Source: Candidatus Multivorans sp.
GTDB lineage: Bacteria; Acidobacteriota; Thermoanaerobaculia; Multivoradales; Multivoraceae
Reading direction: 5' to 3'
Assembly (NCBI GenBank): GCA_965247095.1
Contig: OZ251997.1
Coordinates: 2,880,001 to 2,944,000, forward strand
Length of the DNA stretch: 64,000 nt
The notes beneath the pieces are model-generated. The model did not search any database and was not told the DNA's origin. It worked only from the letters and a program-made list of their open reading frames with translations. Positions 18,858 through 28,555 of this stretch are shown in pieces; the stretch's first letter is position 1, and each line of letters begins with the position of its first letter. The position numbers and the translations under genes were made by a program.

Positions 18858-19050
18858 GCCGGATGCGGGCAGGGATGCCCGCGTTCCCAGGGCGGGCAGG
18901 GATGCCCGCGTGCCATCCGCGCGCTCGATGACGAGCGCACGGAGTGGTTCACGGGTGGCGCGGATCGCGCCACCCGGGTTCCCAGGGGCGGATGCTTGGC
19001 GAAAACGCCCGCGTTCCCAGAGCGGGCAGGATGCCCGCGTTGGGTCCCAG
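18858..19050 (-). repeat. REP array upstream of RAYT, inverted relative to 18000-18168
   Basis: C'-C'-B'-A' followed by one degenerate and one intact C'. Confidence 0.92.
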
Positions 19051-19061
19051 GGGGGCCGCGA

Positions 19062-20456
19062 CTACTCGAAGAAGCGAGCCAGGACCACGTAGCGCACGAC
19101 CAGCAGCGCCATCGCGATCTCGAACACGAAGACGAGCCACAGCCCGATCTGGGTCAGCCGGCGCGGCCGGATCCGCGGGTCCATTCGCTTTCGCTGGAGC
19201 CATAGCGTGGCGCCGCACTGGACCGGCAGGAGGATCGCCGAGGTCAGGCCGCCGACCATGATCAGGACGACGAAGTCGGTGACGAAGTAGTAGATCCCGA
19301 AGGCGGCGAGAGGCAGGAAGACGAGATATCCGCGGATGATCTTCTTGCGCAGCGCCAGGTTGGAGCGCTCGATCAGGCCCATCTCCATCAGGTAGTCCGG
19401 GATCGTGCGGCCGCCGCCGCCGGCGCCGGAGAGCACGGTCGAGAACAGGATGCAGAAGGCGCCGATGGCGAAGATCCACACCGCCCACAGGCCGAGGGTC
19501 TGGGTGAAAATGTTGGAGAGCGCCCCGATCGTTTCGTCGTTGCCCTCGGGGGTCAGGCCCATCTTGTTCAGCACCCCGGCGCCGAGGACGTAGTAGGGGA
19601 TCGTGGCGCAGGTGACGATGATGAGCGCCAGCCAGACGTCGGTGTGGAGCACCCGCATCCAGCCCCGGGCGTGCGGCTCCCAGTTCGGGTCGCTGCGGTC
19701 GGCGCCGAGCAGGCTCGGGTAACCCTTCTCGACGCACCAGTAGGTGTAGGAGGCGATGTCGCCGGAGGTGGTGCCGGTGTACCCGTAGGCAGAGAGGGCC
19801 AGGGCCGCGAACACGACGAACAGGGACATGTCCGGCTTCATGCCGCCGAGGATCTCGCCGGGCGTGGTGCGGAACTCGGTGAACTGCATCGCGATGAGGC
19901 AGACCAGGGTGCAGAACGTGAACGCGATGACCAGGGGGAGCATCACCCGCTCCAGCCACTTGTAGGAGCCGGTGCCGAGGATAATCGAGCCGGCGACGGC
20001 GATGAGGAACGTGCAGAACACCCCGCCGATCTCGATGTTCGCCAGCGAGGCGAGGAAGGACATCGACTGGCCGGCGCCGCCGATGATGCCGCCGAGGCCC
20101 ATCGTCCCCGGGACGTAGGCGAGCAAGCCGAGCCAGATCGGCCAGGAGATCCTCCAGATGCGCCCGGGCACCCGGTTGATCGCACGCAGGTAGGTGTCGC
20201 CCGACTCGATCGTGTAGCGGGCCAGCTCCGCCTGGACCAGGGACTTGCACCAGCAGGACAGGAGCATCCACCACAGCAGGGTGAAGCCGGCGGCCGCGCC
20301 CAGGCTGGTCGTGAGGACCAGTTCGCCCGAGCCGATCACCGCGCCGGTGACGATCAGGCTCGGCCCGAGATACTTCAGCCGGCCCCGGAACGTCGCCGGC
20401 GGCGCCACGCTCTCGCCATGCCGGACGGTGTACGGATCGAGTGCTTGGTTAGCCAG
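19062..20456 (-). CDS. Nramp-like (MntH-related) transporter; start uncertain (CTG 20456 or GTG 20408)
   Basis: LGPSLIVTGAVIGSGEL...GAAAGFTLLWW...QAELARYT; about 11 TM segments; the ORF-track N-terminus is REP-derived. Confidence 0.8.
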   Translation of the reverse strand: MANQALDPYTVRHGESVAPPATFRGRLKYLGPSLIVTGAVIGSGELVLTTSLGAAAGFTLLWWMLLSCWCKSLVQAELARYTIESGDTYLRAINRVPGRIWRISWPIWLGLLAYVPGTMGLGGIIGGAGQSMSFLASLANIEIGGVFCTFLIAVAGSIILGTGSYKWLERVMLPLVIAFTFCTLVCLIAMQFTEFRTTPGEILGGMKPDMSLFVVFAALALSAYGYTGTTSGDIASYTYWCVEKGYPSLLGADRSDPNWEPHARGWMRVLHTDVWLALIIVTCATIPYYVLGAGVLNKMGLTPEGNDETIGALSNIFTQTLGLWAVWIFAIGAFCILFSTVLSGAGGGGRTIPDYLMEMGLIERSNLALRKKIIRGYLVFLPLAAFGIYYFVTDFVVLIMVGGLTSAILLPVQCGATLWLQRKRMDPRIRPRRLTQIGLWLVFVFEIAMALLVVRYVVLARFFE

Positions 20457-20473
20457 GGGAGGTTCCGGCGCGA

Positions 20474-20545
20474 CTAGCTTGCGCGGCAAGAACAGGCGCT
20501 CCTGGGAACGCGGGCATCTTGCCCGCATCCGGCGCGAAGCGACGG
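20474..20545 (+). repeat. Partial composite REP (left end + C + degenerate D)
   Basis: CTAGCTTGCGCGGCAAGAAC...CTGGGAACGCGGGCATCTTGCCCGCATCCGGCGCGAAGCG. Confidence 0.85.
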
Positions 20546-20638
20546 TCTGTGGGTTGAGGAAGGGGAGGGTATCAGCCTCAGCCGTCGAAGCCGCTCCACC
20601 TTTCTTGTCGCGGCGGCGGTTGAGTTACCATGGTTCCT

Positions 20639-20866
20639 ATGCAGACTGAGTCGCAGACGGTCGTGCATTCCGACCCGGACATTCTGGCGGGCACCCCGGT
20701 CTTCCGCGGGACGCGAGTACCGGTTCAGTCGCTCTTCGACTACTTGGAGGGTGGTGAGACGCTCGACGAGTTCCTCGATCAGTTTCCGTCGGTGTCGAAG
20801 AAACAGGCACTCGCCGCATTGGATCTGGCCTGCGATTACGTGCTAGGCCGTGCGCGTCCTGCTTGA
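20639..20866 (+). CDS. DUF433 antitoxin
   Basis: DPDILAGTPVFRGTRVPV..LFDYLEGGETLDEFL..FPSV; TACCAT 7 nt before ATG 20639. Confidence 0.92.
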   Translation: MQTESQTVVHSDPDILAGTPVFRGTRVPVQSLFDYLEGGETLDEFLDQFPSVSKKQALAALDLACDYVLGRARPA

Positions 20867-21185
20867 CGAGAACCTGCCGCGTGCCTTCGCCTCGGAGTTG
20901 AAGGGGCATCGTGTCAGGACCGTTCAGTCCATGGGGTGGTCAGGCACGAAGAACGGCGAGTTGCTTCGAAGGGCGGACGGTCGTTTCGATGCCTTGTTGA
21001 CCATGGACCGGGGGTTTGAACACCAGCAGAACCTGGGTGCTCTTGGTGTGCGGGCAGTGATCATCCGCGCGAGTTCCACCCGACTGGTTCACCTGAGACC
21101 GCTTGTTGGCGAGATTCTGAGGACCCTGGAGGCCTTGCCGCCTGGCGAGTGGTGCGAGATCGGGGCCTCGGTTCGCCAACCATGA
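20850..21185 (+). CDS. DUF5615 PIN-like toxin
   Basis: MRVLLDENLP...TV..MGWSG.KNGELL...FDALLTMD; overlaps DUF433. Confidence 0.9.
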   Translation: MRVLLDENLPRAFASELKGHRVRTVQSMGWSGTKNGELLRRADGRFDALLTMDRGFEHQQNLGALGVRAVIIRASSTRLVHLRPLVGEILRTLEALPPGEWCEIGASVRQP

Positions 21186-21212
21186 CCTGGGCCGAGGGCC
21201 GCAGCGCCCCCG

Positions 21213-22253
21213 TCAGTCGATGATGATGCGCGGCTCGCGACGCTCCTCAGCCGCTTCCTTCTCCAGCAGCCGGGCGCCGCGGAGCATGTTGCCCATCGCG
21301 TAGTTCCCCTCGTGGCAGGCGTACTCGTACAGCCGCTTGTCCGTCTGCGGCCACGGTAGCGAGCCCGTGAACGGGGCCTCGTAGTCGGAGTCCTCGACCG
21401 TGAACTCGTAGAACAGGGTCGAAGCATCGATCCGCCGGAGGCGCTCGGTCACGCGTAACCCGTCGTGGGGGACGTTCGGGGCGCGCAGGAAGTTCGTCGT
21501 CTCGACGACGAGGGTGTCGCCGTCCCACCAGCCGATCGAGTCGCCGCCGAACGAGCGGACCTCGGGCTGCGCGTGCTCGGCGTCGAGTCGGACGATCCGC
21601 GTCCAGTGCATCCACTCGACGTGGATCGCCACATGGGTCTCGGTCTGTGTGATCGTCTTCAGGTTGTTGTAGGCCGATGGCCGGGCCGGCACCGTGGCGC
21701 CGCCGGCGTAGAGGCAGCGGGTGCCCAGGGTCTGGTTTTCCGGGTCGTCGAAGAGGGTCTCGCCGGTCTCGAGCCACCAGGCGCCGCCGGGGTTCCGGTT
21801 GAACGCGCCGAGGCCCAGCGGCGTAAGCGCCTGCCCGCGCTCCGTCTTGGCCGGCAGCCGTCCATCGGCCGGGTCGGTGATCAAGGAGTTGCGGTACTTG
21901 CCGTCGACGGTGAAGACGGTGCTGCCGAAGTCGAACCAGAACTGGTTGTGGCCGCCGATGTTGCTGCGGTGCCCGTCGCCGCCGACCGGCGGCGCCTTGC
22001 GGTCCGGTTCGCTGGGGACGTCGGCCTCGACCTTCGTCGCTTCGGTGGCGGCCGCGATCCGGTGCGCGTCCCCGGCGCTCATCCAGGGGTCTTCGCCGTA
22101 CTTCGGGTCGCGCATCAGGGGCGTGCGGGTGGCGATGTCGTAGGTGCCCGAGAGGTCCGGCCTGCCGCTTGGGGTGCGGGGAATGTCGTCCTGGGCTGAG
22201 GCCGCGGTAGGCAGGCAGAGGGCGGCGGCGAGAAGGAGGAGACGGGTTCGCAT
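21213..22253 (-). CDS. Conserved secreted hypothetical protein
   Basis: Signal peptide, PRTPSGRPDLSG, GDSIGWWDGDTLVVETTNF, YEYACHEGN. Confidence 0.8.
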   Translation of the reverse strand: MRTRLLLLAAALCLPTAASAQDDIPRTPSGRPDLSGTYDIATRTPLMRDPKYGEDPWMSAGDAHRIAAATEATKVEADVPSEPDRKAPPVGGDGHRSNIGGHNQFWFDFGSTVFTVDGKYRNSLITDPADGRLPAKTERGQALTPLGLGAFNRNPGGAWWLETGETLFDDPENQTLGTRCLYAGGATVPARPSAYNNLKTITQTETHVAIHVEWMHWTRIVRLDAEHAQPEVRSFGGDSIGWWDGDTLVVETTNFLRAPNVPHDGLRVTERLRRIDASTLFYEFTVEDSDYEAPFTGSLPWPQTDKRLYEYACHEGNYAMGNMLRGARLLEKEAAEERREPRIIID

Positions 22254-22286
22254 GGGATGTTCTCCGGCTGGGACTCTTCCGTTTGG

Positions 22287-24269
22287 CTAAGGCGCTTCGC
22301 TCTCCGGCAGGGCGAAGGCGATCAGTTCGGCCGGCTCGGTCATGCCGCCGCCGGTGACGACGATGTATTGCAGTCCCTCGACCATGTAGCTGACCGGCGC
22401 GCCGTGCAGGGCCCGTTCGGTGAGCACCTCGGCCAGCAGCTTGCCGGTGGACTTGTCGTAGGCCTGGAGCGAACTGCCGAGGACCGTCGAGCGGTCGTTG
22501 TAGGTCTCGAAGCGGGCGGCATGGGTGACCAGGAGGGTCTTCGTGACGAGCAGGCCGCCCTCGGTCACCGCGCTCGACGACAGCCCGCCCAGCGGCCCCA
22601 GGTCGAGGTGCCGGATCGCGGGGTGGTTGCGCGGCCCGTCCCCGAGCGGCGTCTGCCACGCGATGTCGCCGCGGTTCAGGTCGATGCCGGTGATGCGGCG
22701 GTACGGCGGCTTGAGCAGCGGCAGGCCGCGTGGGCCGGCGGTCGAGACGCGGTCCAGGACGTACGGCCAGAAGCTGCGCGCCGCGTCCGGCTTGATCAGA
22801 GCCATGCCCGAGGGCCGGGTTATCGATTGCACGAAGAGCATCCCGGTATCGGGATCGGCCGCGGCCCCCGGGTGATTGGCGCCGCCGCCCGCGCCCGGAA
22901 CGGCCAGGATCGCCTCCTTGCCGCCGGCGCCGCGCTCGATCAGGGGCATGAACATCGGCCCGAGAATGAACTTCTCCGCGATCTCGAGCGCTTCGGCCCG
23001 GAGTTCCGGCGTGAAGTCGATCAGGTCGTCCTCGGTCACCCCCTGGCGGTCGAAGGCCGGCGGCCTGGTGGGGAACGGCTGCGTCTTCGACAGTTTCTCG
23101 CCCGGCACCGAGGTGCGCCATTCGACCGGGCGTTCCTCGATCGGCCACACCTGTTCGCCGGTCGCGCGGTCGAAGACGTAGGTGAAGGCGGTCTTCGAGA
23201 CCTGGGCAACGGCCTTGATCAGCCGGCCGCCGACGACGATGTCGATCAGGTTCGGGGCGGAGGCGATGTCGTAGTCCCAGACGCCGTGATGGACGGTCTG
23301 GAAGTGCCAGACCCGCTCGCCGGTCGCGGCGTCAACGCAGATGAGGCTCTCGGAGTAGACGTTGTCGCCGTGCCGCAGCCCGCCGTAGTAGTCGCTGGTG
23401 GGCGTGCTGGTGGCCAGGTAGACATAGCCGAGTTCCTGGTCGGCGGTCATCGGCGCCCAGACGTTCGCGTTGCCGACCGTCTTCCAGGAGTCGTTCTCCC
23501 AGGTCTCGACGAAGTCCTCCCCCTCCTGCGGGATGGTGTGGAACCGCCACTTGAACTCGCCGGTGCGGACGTCGTAGCCGCGCACATGCCCCGGCGGGTT
23601 GTTGTTCTGGAGCGGGAAGTCGAAGATGCGCGAACCGACGACGATGGTGTCGCCGACCACGATCACGGGCTGGCCGTGGCTGATGTTCCGCAGCGCGATG
23701 TTCTCGCGCCCCAGGTTCCGGGAGAGTTCGACCACGCCGTCCTCGCCGAAGGCGCGGTCGGGAAGGCCCGTGGCCGGGTCGAGCGACACGAGCTGCTTCC
23801 CGATCGTGGCGAGGAACAGGCGTTCCTGCTCGCCGTCGGTCCAGTACTCGAGGCCGCGGGTGTAGTAGTTGTTCTGGGCCGGCTTGCCGCGCTCGTAGCT
23901 CTTCGGATCGTAGACCCAGAGTTCCTCCCCGGTGCCGGCGTCGAGCGCCGCGACCTGGCTCAGCTCGGTGGGGATGTAGAGCCGGTCGCCGATGACGAGT
24001 GACGAGGACCGGAACACCTGCCGGTCGTAGGGCGAGTTCTGCTCGACCCGGGAGTCGGCGGACGACCACCGCCACACCGGTTCGAGCCGTTCGAAGTTCG
24101 AGGCGTCGACCTGGCTGAGCGGTGTGTAGCGAGTGAAACCGTGGTCGCCGCCGTGATGGCGCCACTCGCCGCTGGTGGCGCCGTGCTGGGCCGAGGCGCT
24201 GGCGGAGAGGATGAGGGCCAGCAGTGACGCGAGGCCCCAGCGAAGTTGGTGGGACACGACCGCTAGCAT
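22287..24269 (-). CDS. PQQ-dependent (glucose/quinate-type) dehydrogenase
   Basis: RYTPLSQV, PGHVRGYDVRTG..KWRFHTIP, WHFQTVHHGVWDYD, TQPFPT.PP, KPPY. Confidence 0.9.
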   Translation of the reverse strand: MLAVVSHQLRWGLASLLALILSASASAQHGATSGEWRHHGGDHGFTRYTPLSQVDASNFERLEPVWRWSSADSRVEQNSPYDRQVFRSSSLVIGDRLYIPTELSQVAALDAGTGEELWVYDPKSYERGKPAQNNYYTRGLEYWTDGEQERLFLATIGKQLVSLDPATGLPDRAFGEDGVVELSRNLGRENIALRNISHGQPVIVVGDTIVVGSRIFDFPLQNNNPPGHVRGYDVRTGEFKWRFHTIPQEGEDFVETWENDSWKTVGNANVWAPMTADQELGYVYLATSTPTSDYYGGLRHGDNVYSESLICVDAATGERVWHFQTVHHGVWDYDIASAPNLIDIVVGGRLIKAVAQVSKTAFTYVFDRATGEQVWPIEERPVEWRTSVPGEKLSKTQPFPTRPPAFDRQGVTEDDLIDFTPELRAEALEIAEKFILGPMFMPLIERGAGGKEAILAVPGAGGGANHPGAAADPDTGMLFVQSITRPSGMALIKPDAARSFWPYVLDRVSTAGPRGLPLLKPPYRRITGIDLNRGDIAWQTPLGDGPRNHPAIRHLDLGPLGGLSSSAVTEGGLLVTKTLLVTHAARFETYNDRSTVLGSSLQAYDKSTGKLLAEVLTERALHGAPVSYMVEGLQYIVVTGGGMTEPAELIAFALPESEAP

Positions 24270-24306
24270 AGACCGCGATGACACGCACAAGCACCCGGAA
24301 CCGCCG

Positions 24307-25386
24307 ATGAGATCTTGGCCGACCCTGATGGTCCTGTCTCTTTCCGCCTCCCTGACCGCCCTGGCCTGCACCGCGCCGGCATCCGAAACGGCGCCCGACG
24401 CCGAACCCGCGGCCGCCAACGAAGCGCCCCTCCGCGTCGAGCGGCTCCTCGACCGTCCGATCATCGGACCCGAGATCCACGACAGCATCGGCGAGAACAT
24501 CCAGGGGCCGTCGCTGATCCGCGTGCCGGACTGGATTCCCGAGCCGCTCGGCCGCTACTACCTCTACTTCGCCGACCACAAGGGTCGCTACATCCGGCTC
24601 GCGTACGCCGACGAACTGCTCGGACCGTGGTCGATCCACGGGCCCGGAAGCCTGCAGATCGAGCACTCCCACTTCCTGACCGAGCCGCCGGAGGTGACGC
24701 CCGAGATCGTGGCGGAGTGGGAGGCGCGCCGGGGCGCCAAGCTCTCGCACGACATCCAGAAGGAGATCACGACCCCGCACATCGCGTCGCCCGACGTCCA
24801 CGTCGACCACGAGGGCCAGCGGATCGTCATGTACTTCCACGGCCTGGAAGGCGTGGGCACCCAGGTTTCCCGGGTCGCCACGTCGACCGACGGCATCGAC
24901 TTCGAGGCCCGTACCCAAATCCTTGGCCGCACCTACATGCGCATCTTCCGGCACGGCGGCATGACCTACGCCCTGGCGATGCCCGGCCGGCTCTACCGGT
25001 CGGCCGACGGCTTCACCGACTTCGAGGAAGGACCGCTGCTCTTCAACCCGGACATGCGCCACTTGGCGTTGCTCCTGCGCGGCGACACGCTGTGGGTGTT
25101 CTGGACCCAGGTTGCCGAAGTGCCCGAGAGGATTCTCCTCAGCAGCATCGACCTGAGCGGCGACTGGATGGGCTGGAGCGAGACCGATGCCGTCGAGGTG
25201 CTGCGCCCGGAGCGCGATTGGGAAGGCGCCGCCGCGCCGCTCGAACCGTCGGTTCGCAGCACCGCCTACGGTCAGGTCAACCAGTTGCGGGACCCGGCGA
25301 TCTTCGAGGAAGACGGCCGCGTCTACCTGCTCTACGCAGTAGCAGGCGAGAGCGGCATCGCCATCGCCGAGGTGCTCTTCGAATGA
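24307..25386 (+). CDS. Lipoprotein with GH43-like five-bladed beta-propeller
   Basis: LAC lipobox; YYLYFADH, HIASPDV, LRDPAIFEEDGRVYLLY. Confidence 0.65.
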   Translation: MRSWPTLMVLSLSASLTALACTAPASETAPDAEPAAANEAPLRVERLLDRPIIGPEIHDSIGENIQGPSLIRVPDWIPEPLGRYYLYFADHKGRYIRLAYADELLGPWSIHGPGSLQIEHSHFLTEPPEVTPEIVAEWEARRGAKLSHDIQKEITTPHIASPDVHVDHEGQRIVMYFHGLEGVGTQVSRVATSTDGIDFEARTQILGRTYMRIFRHGGMTYALAMPGRLYRSADGFTDFEEGPLLFNPDMRHLALLLRGDTLWVFWTQVAEVPERILLSSIDLSGDWMGWSETDAVEVLRPERDWEGAAAPLEPSVRSTAYGQVNQLRDPAIFEEDGRVYLLYAVAGESGIAIAEVLFE

Positions 25387-26708
25387 GGGGTTCGTTTCCG
25401 GCCGTAGGACTTGCCGCCGCGCTCGCCCTCATCGCCTGCACCGCCGACCAGCCCGCCATCGACGGCGCCGGCACGATCACGATCGCCGGCGCCACCCTGA
25501 TCGACGGCGCCGGCGCCGAGCCGATCGAGGACGCGGTCGTCATCATCCGCGGCGACCGGATCGAGCGCTCCGGTTCCCGAGCCGAAGTGCCCATACCCGA
25601 AGGCGGCGAAGTGATCGACGCCACGGGCAAGTTCCTGATCCCCGGTCTCATCGACCTTCACAACCACTATCGCGACGGCCTGGAGGAGTGGGCGTGGCGG
25701 CTGCAACTCCACTCCGGCGTCCTGACCGCCCGCAGCCTCGGTTCCGACCAGGGAGGCACTCCCGGGATGATCGCCGAAGCGCGCGCCGGAAACGTGCCGG
25801 CGCCCCGCATCTTCACCGCCGGGCTCGGCTTCACCCACCCTGAGGGTTTCCCGCCGAACGCCCGCGGCCCGGCGACCGAAGAAGAGGCGCGAGAGACGGT
25901 ACGCGAACTTGCCGCACAGGAAGTCGACCTGATCAAGATGTGGGTCGACACCTTCCTCGACACGCGGCCGAAGATCGAGCCCGAGATCCGCACCGCGATC
26001 GTGGACGAGGCGACGAAACACGGCATCCCGGTCTCGGCGCACGTCTTCTTCGAAGACGACATCTGGCAACTGGTCGACGCCGGCGTCCGGTCCTTCGTCC
26101 ATGGCGTGCGCGACCAGGAGGTCGACGAGGAGTTCGTACGGATGGCCCAGGAGAAGGAACTCTCCTTCGCGCCGGCGCTCGGTCAGGCGAAGACCACCTG
26201 GTACGTCGCCGAGCACCCGGAGCTGCTGGACGATCCGGAACTCATGGCCGGTGTCCAGCCGCCGCTGTTGGAACGCCTCCGCGACCCGGAGCACCGGGCC
26301 GGCATGCTGGCCAGCGAAAACACCGCGAAGCGCCGCGTCGCCTTCGACTACGTGACGAAGTTCGTGCGCCGGATGAACGACGCCGGTGTGACGATCACCG
26401 TCGGTTCCGACAGCGGCGCCGGCAACACCGCCTACGGCTGGGGCACCCACCACGAGCTGGAAGCCCTGGTCGAGGACGGCGGCCTGACCCCGCTTCAGGC
26501 CCTGGCGGCTGCCGGCGCCAACGCCGCCGGCGTCCTGACGGACGACCCCGACTTCGGAACCATCGCCGCAGGCAAAGCGGCGGACCTGATCCTGCTGTCA
26601 GCCGATCCGCTTGCCGACATCCGCAACACGAGGCAGATCGAGCGCGTGATGCAGGCGGGGGAGTGGCTGGAGCGGGGTCTGCCGGAGTTCCCGGCGCCGG
26701 CGGAGTAG
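25383..26708 (+). CDS. Amidohydrolase family lipoprotein
   Basis: IPGLIDLHNH, IKMW, AH, HG, GSDSG, G.IAAGKAADLILL..DPL.DI.NTR. Confidence 0.9.
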   Translation: MRGSFPAVGLAAALALIACTADQPAIDGAGTITIAGATLIDGAGAEPIEDAVVIIRGDRIERSGSRAEVPIPEGGEVIDATGKFLIPGLIDLHNHYRDGLEEWAWRLQLHSGVLTARSLGSDQGGTPGMIAEARAGNVPAPRIFTAGLGFTHPEGFPPNARGPATEEEARETVRELAAQEVDLIKMWVDTFLDTRPKIEPEIRTAIVDEATKHGIPVSAHVFFEDDIWQLVDAGVRSFVHGVRDQEVDEEFVRMAQEKELSFAPALGQAKTTWYVAEHPELLDDPELMAGVQPPLLERLRDPEHRAGMLASENTAKRRVAFDYVTKFVRRMNDAGVTITVGSDSGAGNTAYGWGTHHELEALVEDGGLTPLQALAAAGANAAGVLTDDPDFGTIAAGKAADLILLSADPLADIRNTRQIERVMQAGEWLERGLPEFPAPAE

Positions 26709-26737
26709 GGCGCGATTTTGTCGAAGCGGCAGCGATG

Positions 26738-27904
26738 CTAGTCGTCCCCGAGCCGCACCTCGAACACCCGCAACGTCGGAACCCGCCAGGCCGGCGTGCG
26801 GCTGACGACGTAGACCTGCCGCCGGTCGTCCATGGCCAGGACTGCGTGGTCGAGGCCGTCTTCGAGCAGCTCCCTGGTCAGTAGCTCACTCTGCCTGCAG
26901 TGGAGCAGCTCACCGTCGGGCGAGAACGTCTGCATCAGGATCGCGTCGTGCCCCTGCTCGAGCCGGACCCGAACGAGCTGGACCAGGGCGCCGGCGCGGG
27001 TCGAAAACAGGCCCAGGCTCCTGTGGACCGCCTCGTAACGAGTGAAGCCGGACCTCGAATAGACGGTGACTGCCGCTTTCGATGGAAGATGGCCCGGCGG
27101 TGACGTGGCGCCTCCTTCGATTGCCGGCTGCGGTACGGCCAGCATCTTCGGCGCACTCTTCGTAGTCCCCAGGTGCTGAAGAGCGGGTCCGGGGGGTTGG
27201 TACCCGGTCAGGACGCCGCGGAAACGCCAGGGACTGTTCCAGCTCTCCTGTCCGAACAGATAGATGCTGCCTTCGTAGTAGGCGGGCGCGTACGCGATCT
27301 GGACACTGCCGACTGGAGTGAACGATCCCGTGCTCGGCGAGGGCCGGAAGTGGAGCCCCGGCGTCGGCTGCTGGTTCAAGGAGAGTTCGGCCGATCCGAA
27401 TTCGGCTTCGAGTGCCAGCGACGCCCGGCTCGCCTGGTGGAACAGGCGCCCACGGGCGTTCAGGTCCGGTTGGGGCGCATTGGTCGCTGCGGTGCTGTTG
27501 TAGAGCAACAGCAGGGAACCGGGGCCCCATGGTTTGAGTTGAGTGACGTGCTGAGCGCCCTCCGGAAGAGTCAGCTCACCGAGGAAGTCTCCAGCGGTCG
27601 ACCACGAGGACAGTGCGCCCCTCGTGTTGTCGACGATCGCCAGTTCGTCAGGGCCGACCAGCGACATCGGGCCGATGGTGAGGAACTGGCCCGGATCGCG
27701 GCCACGGGCGCCGAACCGCCGTAGCGGCCGGCCGGCCCCGTCGAACACCTTGACCGTCATGCTCGCCATATCGGCGACGTAGACGTGGCCGCGACGATCC
27801 ACTGTGATCGCGGACGGGTGGCCGAGAACGAAGCCGGGCTCGGAGTCGCTGCCGATCCGTGCCTTCTCCTGGAGGAAGTCGCCGTTGCCGTCCTGTTCGG
27901 TCAT
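26738..27904 (-). CDS. 6-bladed beta-propeller (NHL-like) protein
   Basis: PSAITVDRRGHVYVAD...VKVFD..G..LRRFG.RGRDPGQF. Confidence 0.7.
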   Translation of the reverse strand: MTEQDGNGDFLQEKARIGSDSEPGFVLGHPSAITVDRRGHVYVADMASMTVKVFDGAGRPLRRFGARGRDPGQFLTIGPMSLVGPDELAIVDNTRGALSSWSTAGDFLGELTLPEGAQHVTQLKPWGPGSLLLLYNSTAATNAPQPDLNARGRLFHQASRASLALEAEFGSAELSLNQQPTPGLHFRPSPSTGSFTPVGSVQIAYAPAYYEGSIYLFGQESWNSPWRFRGVLTGYQPPGPALQHLGTTKSAPKMLAVPQPAIEGGATSPPGHLPSKAAVTVYSRSGFTRYEAVHRSLGLFSTRAGALVQLVRVRLEQGHDAILMQTFSPDGELLHCRQSELLTRELLEDGLDHAVLAMDDRRQVYVVSRTPAWRVPTLRVFEVRLGDD

Positions 27905-28536
27905 CTCTTGAGGATCTTCTCGATCAGAGCTCTCTTCGACGCAACGGGAACAGGGCCCAGCCCCCGGTTTGCCACGAGCACTCGCACGACGGCCCGGCCA
28001 CTGGCGGTGTTCACCACGACCATCTGCCCGAAGTGGCGGTTGCCCTGGAAGTCCGTGAGCGGGCTCTCGAGTTCGGAAGACGCACCGATCAGGGCGGGCA
28101 GATCGAGCTCATGGGTCAGAAGAAACCGCTCTACCTGGGCTTTGTCGTGCTCGAACATCAGGAGCACGGAGGCGATCCGGCCGCCCGTGATGTCGCGAAA
28201 CATCCGGTCGAACTCGACCGGGTCGTTGAAGTCCGCTGAATGCGACTGCCGGTTTGCGGTGAAGACCGCGAGGAACGGCGGGACCTTTGCCAGAGGCGGG
28301 TGCCTTCCTACCGGCGCCAGCCGGAGGATCTCACTGGCACGGAGCGGCTCGTCGATCCACTCGTAGTCGACTGCGATGAGGTCTTGATCTTCATCCCCAT
28401 CGTCGAGATCGGAGTCCGGGCCGGAGGACACGCGCTGCTTGGTTGAGACCCACCTCGAGCGAGCGATGGCGCCGATCAGTGCGCAGACGGAGAGGAGGCC
28501 GAGGAGAACGGGCAGCAGTTGATCAAGGCTCGACAC
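27901..28536 (-). CDS. Membrane-anchored hypothetical protein, possibly a Cys-less redoxin-like fold
   Basis: N-terminal TM, acidic linker, alternating beta/alpha pattern; ATGA overlap with the next gene. Confidence 0.5.
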   Translation of the reverse strand: MSSLDQLLPVLLGLLSVCALIGAIARSRWVSTKQRVSSGPDSDLDDGDEDQDLIAVDYEWIDEPLRASEILRLAPVGRHPPLAKVPPFLAVFTANRQSHSADFNDPVEFDRMFRDITGGRIASVLLMFEHDKAQVERFLLTHELDLPALIGASSELESPLTDFQGNRHFGQMVVVNTASGRAVVRVLVANRGLGPVPVASKRALIEKILKR

Positions 28537-28555
28537 TCTTGTTCGGCGCGGCTTC

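Noticed and set aside
24315-25382. Apparent 356-aa N-terminal extension of the amidohydrolase
   Set aside because: Arg/Pro-rich off-frame read of the upstream gene; a proper signal peptide starts at ATG 25383.
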